Shown here in pieces: positions 59,809 to 64,000 of a stretch of DNA of 64,000 nucleotides. Origin of the DNA: an uncultured Gemmatimonadales bacterium (GTDB lineage: Bacteria > Gemmatimonadota > Gemmatimonadetes > Longimicrobiales > RSA9); assembly GCA_963708135.1 (NCBI GenBank), contig OY970192.1, positions 2,080,001 to 2,144,000 of the forward strand, in the 5' to 3' direction. The translations under genes were made by a program, and so were the position numbers. The notes beneath the pieces are model-generated. The model had not been told where the DNA came from. It saw nothing but the letters and a program-made list of their open reading frames with translations, and did no database searches. Each line of letters starts with the position of its first letter. Within the stretch, counting starts at the first letter, position 1.

Positions 59809-60870
59809 TTAGAACGTCGGAATGCGGCGCGCCAGCGTGGGGCCGACGCGGTTGGCGGCGGCCAGGGGCAGGCGTCTCCAGGCGGCGGTAGCGAGGCGGA
59901 AGGCGGTGCCGCCTGGCGATCGGCCATTGGCGACGGCGCCGCGGGACCAGGCACTCCACGAGAGAGGCTCGTCGCGGCCACCCCATTGCAGCTTGAAGAG
60001 ATGGGTGCCGCCGCCGGGAGTGCACCTGCCGAAGTTGAACGTGCGGGCGCGGCGGCGGACGACCTCCTCCATGAATGCCCAGTAGAGCAGCATGTTGGCG
60101 CCGGTGCGGTTGAACTCGCGCAGCGAGGAGCCCCAGGTCATCTCGTACTCATCGCGCCAGAGGAAGCCGTATCCCGCAGCCAGCGGGATCTCATGGTCGT
60201 ACACGACGCCACAGATGATGCTGTCTCCGAACACATCAGGCAGGCGGTCGAAGAGGGCACGCGGCAGGACCGGCGTTCCCAGGTCGCGCATGTTGCGCCG
60301 GAACACCTCGTAGAAGGCATCCACCTGCTCGACCCCGAACCTGACCTCCATCCCGGCCTTCTGTGGCCGCCGGACCTTGGTTCGGAGCTTCGTCGGGAAC
60401 GCGTTCCACAGGTCGGTCGGCTCCGGCGGCAGATCGAGGAGAACGGTCACCTTGGGGCGGCCCGGGGGAAGCTCCGCCCCCTCCTGCGCCAGGTAGCGAC
60501 GCCGCAGCTCGAGGCGGTCCGCGCCCGATCGGCGCGCCTCCGCCTCTGCCTCCATCAGGAGGCGTCTGGCCGCGGCCGGGTCGCCCACGGGGCCGCCGTA
60601 GTTTAGGAACGGCATCGAGATGAGATGATGGCCGAAGAGGCGGCTGCGCATCCGGACGAGCGGAAGTATGGCGGCGATGTGGCCGTCCGGCGAGACCGCC
60701 GCGCGGAACAGCGGCTCGTGGCCGAGCACGTCGCTCATGATCTCGCGCCAGCCGGAGAGGTGGCAGAAGGTCGCGGAAGGATGGGCGAGAGCGAACTCGT
60801 CCCATGCGAGGCAGTCCGGAGGAGAGGTAACCGCCACCCCGCTCGGAACGGTCGAGCCCGTTCGGCTCAT
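59809..60870 (-). CDS. FemAB-family protein, PEP-CTERM system-associated
   Basis: SMPFLNYGG, NMRDLGTP, NMLLYW, FNFGR, FKLQWG. Confidence 0.9.
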   Translation of the reverse strand: MSRTGSTVPSGVAVTSPPDCLAWDEFALAHPSATFCHLSGWREIMSDVLGHEPLFRAAVSPDGHIAAILPLVRMRSRLFGHHLISMPFLNYGGPVGDPAAARRLLMEAEAEARRSGADRLELRRRYLAQEGAELPPGRPKVTVLLDLPPEPTDLWNAFPTKLRTKVRRPQKAGMEVRFGVEQVDAFYEVFRRNMRDLGTPVLPRALFDRLPDVFGDSIICGVVYDHEIPLAAGYGFLWRDEYEMTWGSSLREFNRTGANMLLYWAFMEEVVRRRARTFNFGRCTPGGGTHLFKLQWGGRDEPLSWSAWSRGAVANGRSPGGTAFRLATAAWRRLPLAAANRVGPTLARRIPTF

Positions 60871-61724
60871 GCGTGCTCCAGTGCGCCCAGGCTGCTGGCC
60901 ACCGTGCCGAACGGGAACGTGTCGAGCAACCGGCGCAGCCGCGCCTCGGTGCGCTCCAGCCCACCATAATGGCGGATCCGGGTGGGCCATGGCACGCGCA
61001 GGCGCGGCTGAAGCGAATCGAGCTCCCAGGGATGTGTGTAGATGGTGGCCGAAACGCCGCGCCGGCCGCTGCCGCGCAGGGCCGCATGGATCAGAGCGGG
61101 CGGGAGCAGGCGGAGATAGGCGCCGCCTCCGGCGGGAAACGTCCCCCCGAAGCGGCGAAGCGTGGCGGGGGGGAACTCGGCGAGCCGACCGGCCGGACGC
61201 TCGATCCAGTGCGGGTCCGGGCGTCCGCCCGCGTACCCGTATCCTCGCCGACGGACGGGAAAGAGGCTGGAGTCGTAGGCGTAGCCCTCCTCCACCAGGA
61301 CGTCCAGCGCCCATTCCCGCCCGCGCACGATCGAGAAGCTCGGAGCCCGAAACCCGAGGACCGGCTCACCGGTCAGGTCCTCGATCAGCACCTTGGACCG
61401 GCGGACGGAGGCGCGGAACTGATCGGCGGTCTGGTGCGTCACCCTCACGTGGTCCCAGCCGTGGGACGCGACCTCGTGTCCGGCCGCCGCCAGCCGCTTG
61501 ACGAGCGCCGGGTGCCTCTCCGCGACCCAGCCGAGGACGAAGTGCGTGGCCCGCGCGCCGCTGCCGTCCAGCAGGGCGAGGAGACGGTCCATCCCTTCAT
61601 ACAAGCGGCTGACGCGGGTCTCCCAGCTCCCGCGCTCCACGTACGGTTCGAGCGCGGACACCTGGAAGTACTCCTCGACGTCTACCGTGAAGTGGTGTCT
61701 CGTGACTCCCTTTGCGGCGTGCAT
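60867..61724 (-). CDS. Polysaccharide deacetylase, PEP-CTERM system-associated
   Basis: TVDVEEYFQV, SHGWDH, GFRAPSFSI, YDSS, GGGAYLR, HPWE. Confidence 0.92.
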   Translation of the reverse strand: MHAAKGVTRHHFTVDVEEYFQVSALEPYVERGSWETRVSRLYEGMDRLLALLDGSGARATHFVLGWVAERHPALVKRLAAAGHEVASHGWDHVRVTHQTADQFRASVRRSKVLIEDLTGEPVLGFRAPSFSIVRGREWALDVLVEEGYAYDSSLFPVRRRGYGYAGGRPDPHWIERPAGRLAEFPPATLRRFGGTFPAGGGAYLRLLPPALIHAALRGSGRRGVSATIYTHPWELDSLQPRLRVPWPTRIRHYGGLERTEARLRRLLDTFPFGTVASSLGALEHA

Positions 61725-61772
61725 GCTGATCCGGGCGTGGGTGCGCTTCTTGATGGCTCCGCCACGGGACCC

Positions 61773-61788
61773 TGCAAACTCAGCGCCG
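61773..61788 (-). promoter_or_regulatory. sigma54 promoter
   Basis: Minus strand CGGCGCTGAGTTTGCA. Confidence 0.7.
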
Positions 61789-61868
61789 TGCTGTCGGGCG
61801 CCTCAGGGGACCGGAACGGCGCGCGCCGGCGGTCAAGCCTTACGCAGGCGTAGCTGGGGGGATGCGGC

Positions 61869-61886
61869 TGTTGCGCTCCTGCAACA
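61869..61886. promoter_or_regulatory. Candidate enhancer palindrome
   Basis: TGTTGCGCTCCTGCAACA. Confidence 0.72.
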
Positions 61887-62101
61887 CTGCGCCTTCGTCC
61901 ATAGCTAGCGGTTTGCCGCGGGCCAAGCGCAGCTGGCAGGGCGTGGAGTGCCGGCTCGCTTAATGGGTCGCGCCTTTCTTTCGTAATTCGCGGGGATCGC
62001 TACTCGGACGGGCGCCGACGGCACGACGGGTCCCGGGCAAATACGCAACAGCTCCAACTAATTTTTTCACCGCACGAAGGCTCGCGAGGGAGTTTCCTGT
62101 C

Positions 62102-62917
62102 ATGCACAACGGCCTCATAGAGCGCGTCTCGGCAACCCTGGACGGGTGGCGCTACCGGCGCGTTTTTGCAGGCGTCCGCAGCTATGCGATGTTCGTCGGA
62201 TACCCGCGATCGGGACACTCGCTCGTCGGCGCGTTCCTCAATGCACATCCGCGCATGGTGATTGCTCACGAGTTGGACGCGCTGAAGTTCGTGTCGCGGG
62301 GATACACCCGGGCACAACTCTTCTCCACCATCATTGAACGCGACCGGTGGTGGCGGCGCAACGAATGGAAGTGGGAAGGTTGGGAATACGAGATCCCCGG
62401 CCAATGGCAGGGCCGATGGAACCAGTTGAGCGTCGTCGGTGACAAAGCAGGCGGGCTATCCTCGCGGCAAATCGTGGAGCAGCCGAGCCGCTTAAGCGAC
62501 CTCCAGAACACCGTATCTGTTCCAGTAATGGTTATACATCATGTCAGGAATCCGTTTGATACAATAGCAACCATGTCTCGGAAAGGCCAGCCGGGAATAT
62601 CGACCCTGGACGAGGCGATCGATCGCTATTTCGTCCACTGCCGTGGATCCGAAATCACCCTCGAATGGGCTGGCAAGCGCGCCTTTACTCTGCATCACGA
62701 GGCTCTCACGACCGACCCCCGCCGCGAGATAAGCAGGCTTTGCGGGTTCCTGGGGGAGGCCGCCGAACCTGAGTACCTGGACGCCTGTGCTGCGCGCGCC
62801 CATTCCTCGCCCCGCCGCTCGCGGGCGCTCGTGAACTGGACGCCGCTTCAACTCGAGCGCGTCCAGGAACGAATCCGTCGGCACCCCTTTCTGGCCGGCT
62901 ATCGATTTGAAAGCTGA
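62102..62917 (+). CDS. Sulfotransferase
   Basis: FVGYPRSGHSLVGAFLNAHP, VGDKAG, VRNPFDTIAT. Confidence 0.88.
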   Translation: MHNGLIERVSATLDGWRYRRVFAGVRSYAMFVGYPRSGHSLVGAFLNAHPRMVIAHELDALKFVSRGYTRAQLFSTIIERDRWWRRNEWKWEGWEYEIPGQWQGRWNQLSVVGDKAGGLSSRQIVEQPSRLSDLQNTVSVPVMVIHHVRNPFDTIATMSRKGQPGISTLDEAIDRYFVHCRGSEITLEWAGKRAFTLHHEALTTDPRREISRLCGFLGEAAEPEYLDACAARAHSSPRRSRALVNWTPLQLERVQERIRRHPFLAGYRFES

Positions 62918-63031
62918 CGCCGCTGAGAGGCGTTACTGTCACGCACGCAGTAATGCTTCCGGAGCGGTACTGACTCGTTCACGTAAGTAGACGAAGCTAT
63001 AACATACTGGTGCGGTACTTTCAGAGGTAAA

Positions 63032-64000
63032 ATGCGTATCCACCTGTTCGTCAGTCACTACCCGGTGCCGTACAAGCCATATTACGATGCGCAGTTCGCG
63101 GACCTCGTCCGGCGCGGGCACGAGATCACAATCTTCTCGGGCGGCACGCTCGACGAGGTCGTGAACGAGAAAGTGGTGCAGTTCGACCTGATGGGGCGGA
63201 CGCGCTTCTTTCCCACGACGCTCTCGAGTGCGCTGCGGCAGCTTCCGCGGATCCTGGGCGATGCGGCGGTGCGGCCGCGCGAGCTGCGCCTCGCCGCCGC
63301 CGTTGCGCGCAGCGGCCGCGGCGTGCGCCGCGGTATGGCGGACGCCGCCCGAGTGCTTGCGACGCGCGGCCCGACGCCGGACCTCTGCCTGGTTCATGGC
63401 CTGGGCACGGCGATCATGTTCCCGTGGCTCCGAGCAGTCTATCCCGGCCTCCCCATCGCGCTCTACTACCATGGCGGAGAGGTGCCGGCGACCAGCCCGC
63501 TGAACGCGCGCCTGGCCAGCGAAGCATTCGATCTGGCGGACGTGGTGTTCACGAACACGCACTTCTCCCGAGACCACGCCATCTCGCGGGGCTGTTCGGC
63601 GGAACGCTGCGTGGTGCTTCCGGTGGGCTTCGACCTCGCCGACTTCCAGCCGCCTTCTCCGCGCACGTATCGCCGCGGCGGCGTGCTGCGGTTGCTTTCG
63701 GCCGGACGGATGAGCGAAGAGAAGGGCTTCATCTACGCTCTGAGGGCACTCCAGGGGATCGTAGACGGCGGCGTGCGCGACATCGAGTACGCCCTCACAG
63801 GCGAGGGGCGCGTGCGCCCGGCACTGGAGGCGTACGTGCGCGAGAGCGGCCTCGAACGCCATGTCCGATTCCTCGGCACGCTGTTAACACGGGGCGTGCA
63901 GCAGGCGATGGCCGAGGCCGACGCGCTGCTGCTGCCGAGCATCAAGGTGGGAAACTGGGTCGAGAATCAGGCCTGCGCGGTTCAGGAGGCCATGCTCATG
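63032..64000 (+). CDS. Glycosyltransferase family 4 (WcaL-like), runs off window
   Basis: Manual translation from ATG 63032 after GAGG: MRIHLFVSHYP..YYHGGE..AGRMSEEKG..LLPS..ENQACAVQEAM. Confidence 0.85.
   Translation, partial: MRIHLFVSHYPVPYKPYYDAQFADLVRRGHEITIFSGGTLDEVVNEKVVQFDLMGRTRFFPTTLSSALRQLPRILGDAAVRPRELRLAAAVARSGRGVRRGMADAARVLATRGPTPDLCLVHGLGTAIMFPWLRAVYPGLPIALYYHGGEVPATSPLNARLASEAFDLADVVFTNTHFSRDHAISRGCSAERCVVLPVGFDLADFQPPSPRTYRRGGVLRLLSAGRMSEEKGFIYALRALQGIVDGGVRDIEYALTGEGRVRPALEAYVRESGLERHVRFLGTLLTRGVQQAMAEADALLLPSIKVGNWVENQACAVQEAMLM

Noticed and set aside
62939..63862. 307-aa minus-strand ORF
   Set aside because: Antisense to the GT4 gene starting at 63032, which the ORF track misses because it has no stop in the window

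Overview
High-GC bacterial window; gene content suggests Gemmatimonadota (inference). 1-4.2 kb: start of the dcw cluster (mraZ-rsmH-ftsL-ftsI-murE) with a sigma70-type promoter and MraZ boxes. 4.3-7.9 kb: YegS-like kinase, exported TPR protein, hypothetical. 8-16 kb: an Ehr (energy-converting hydrogenase-related) operon headed by an HTH-PTS-EIIA gene; the large subunit has no NiFe ligands and the small subunit has lost all four NuoB/N2-type cluster cysteines. 16-29 kb: tdh-kbl, Ig-repeat lipoprotein, PEP-CTERM module 1, udk, oxidoreductase, tandem M42 peptidase, pentaheme cytochrome c, RNB nuclease. 29.5-64 kb: a large PEP-CTERM/exosortase exopolysaccharide locus (Wza, Wzc, Wzx, Wzy-like, many glycosyltransferases, four sulfotransferases, two deacetylases, ATP-grasp, FemAB, AsnB) with its own sigma54 activator. 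Best unannotated signals: a GEMM-I riboswitch with A at position 20 (predicted c-AMP-GMP sensor) upstream of an Ig-repeat surface lipoprotein; a recurrent palindrome TGT(T/G)GC-N6-GCAACA paired with eight sigma54 promoters; two HpsJ-like membrane gene/PEP-CTERM coupled modules. Four frameshifts are present and are probably assembly errors. No tRNA, rRNA, CRISPR array or IS element recognised.
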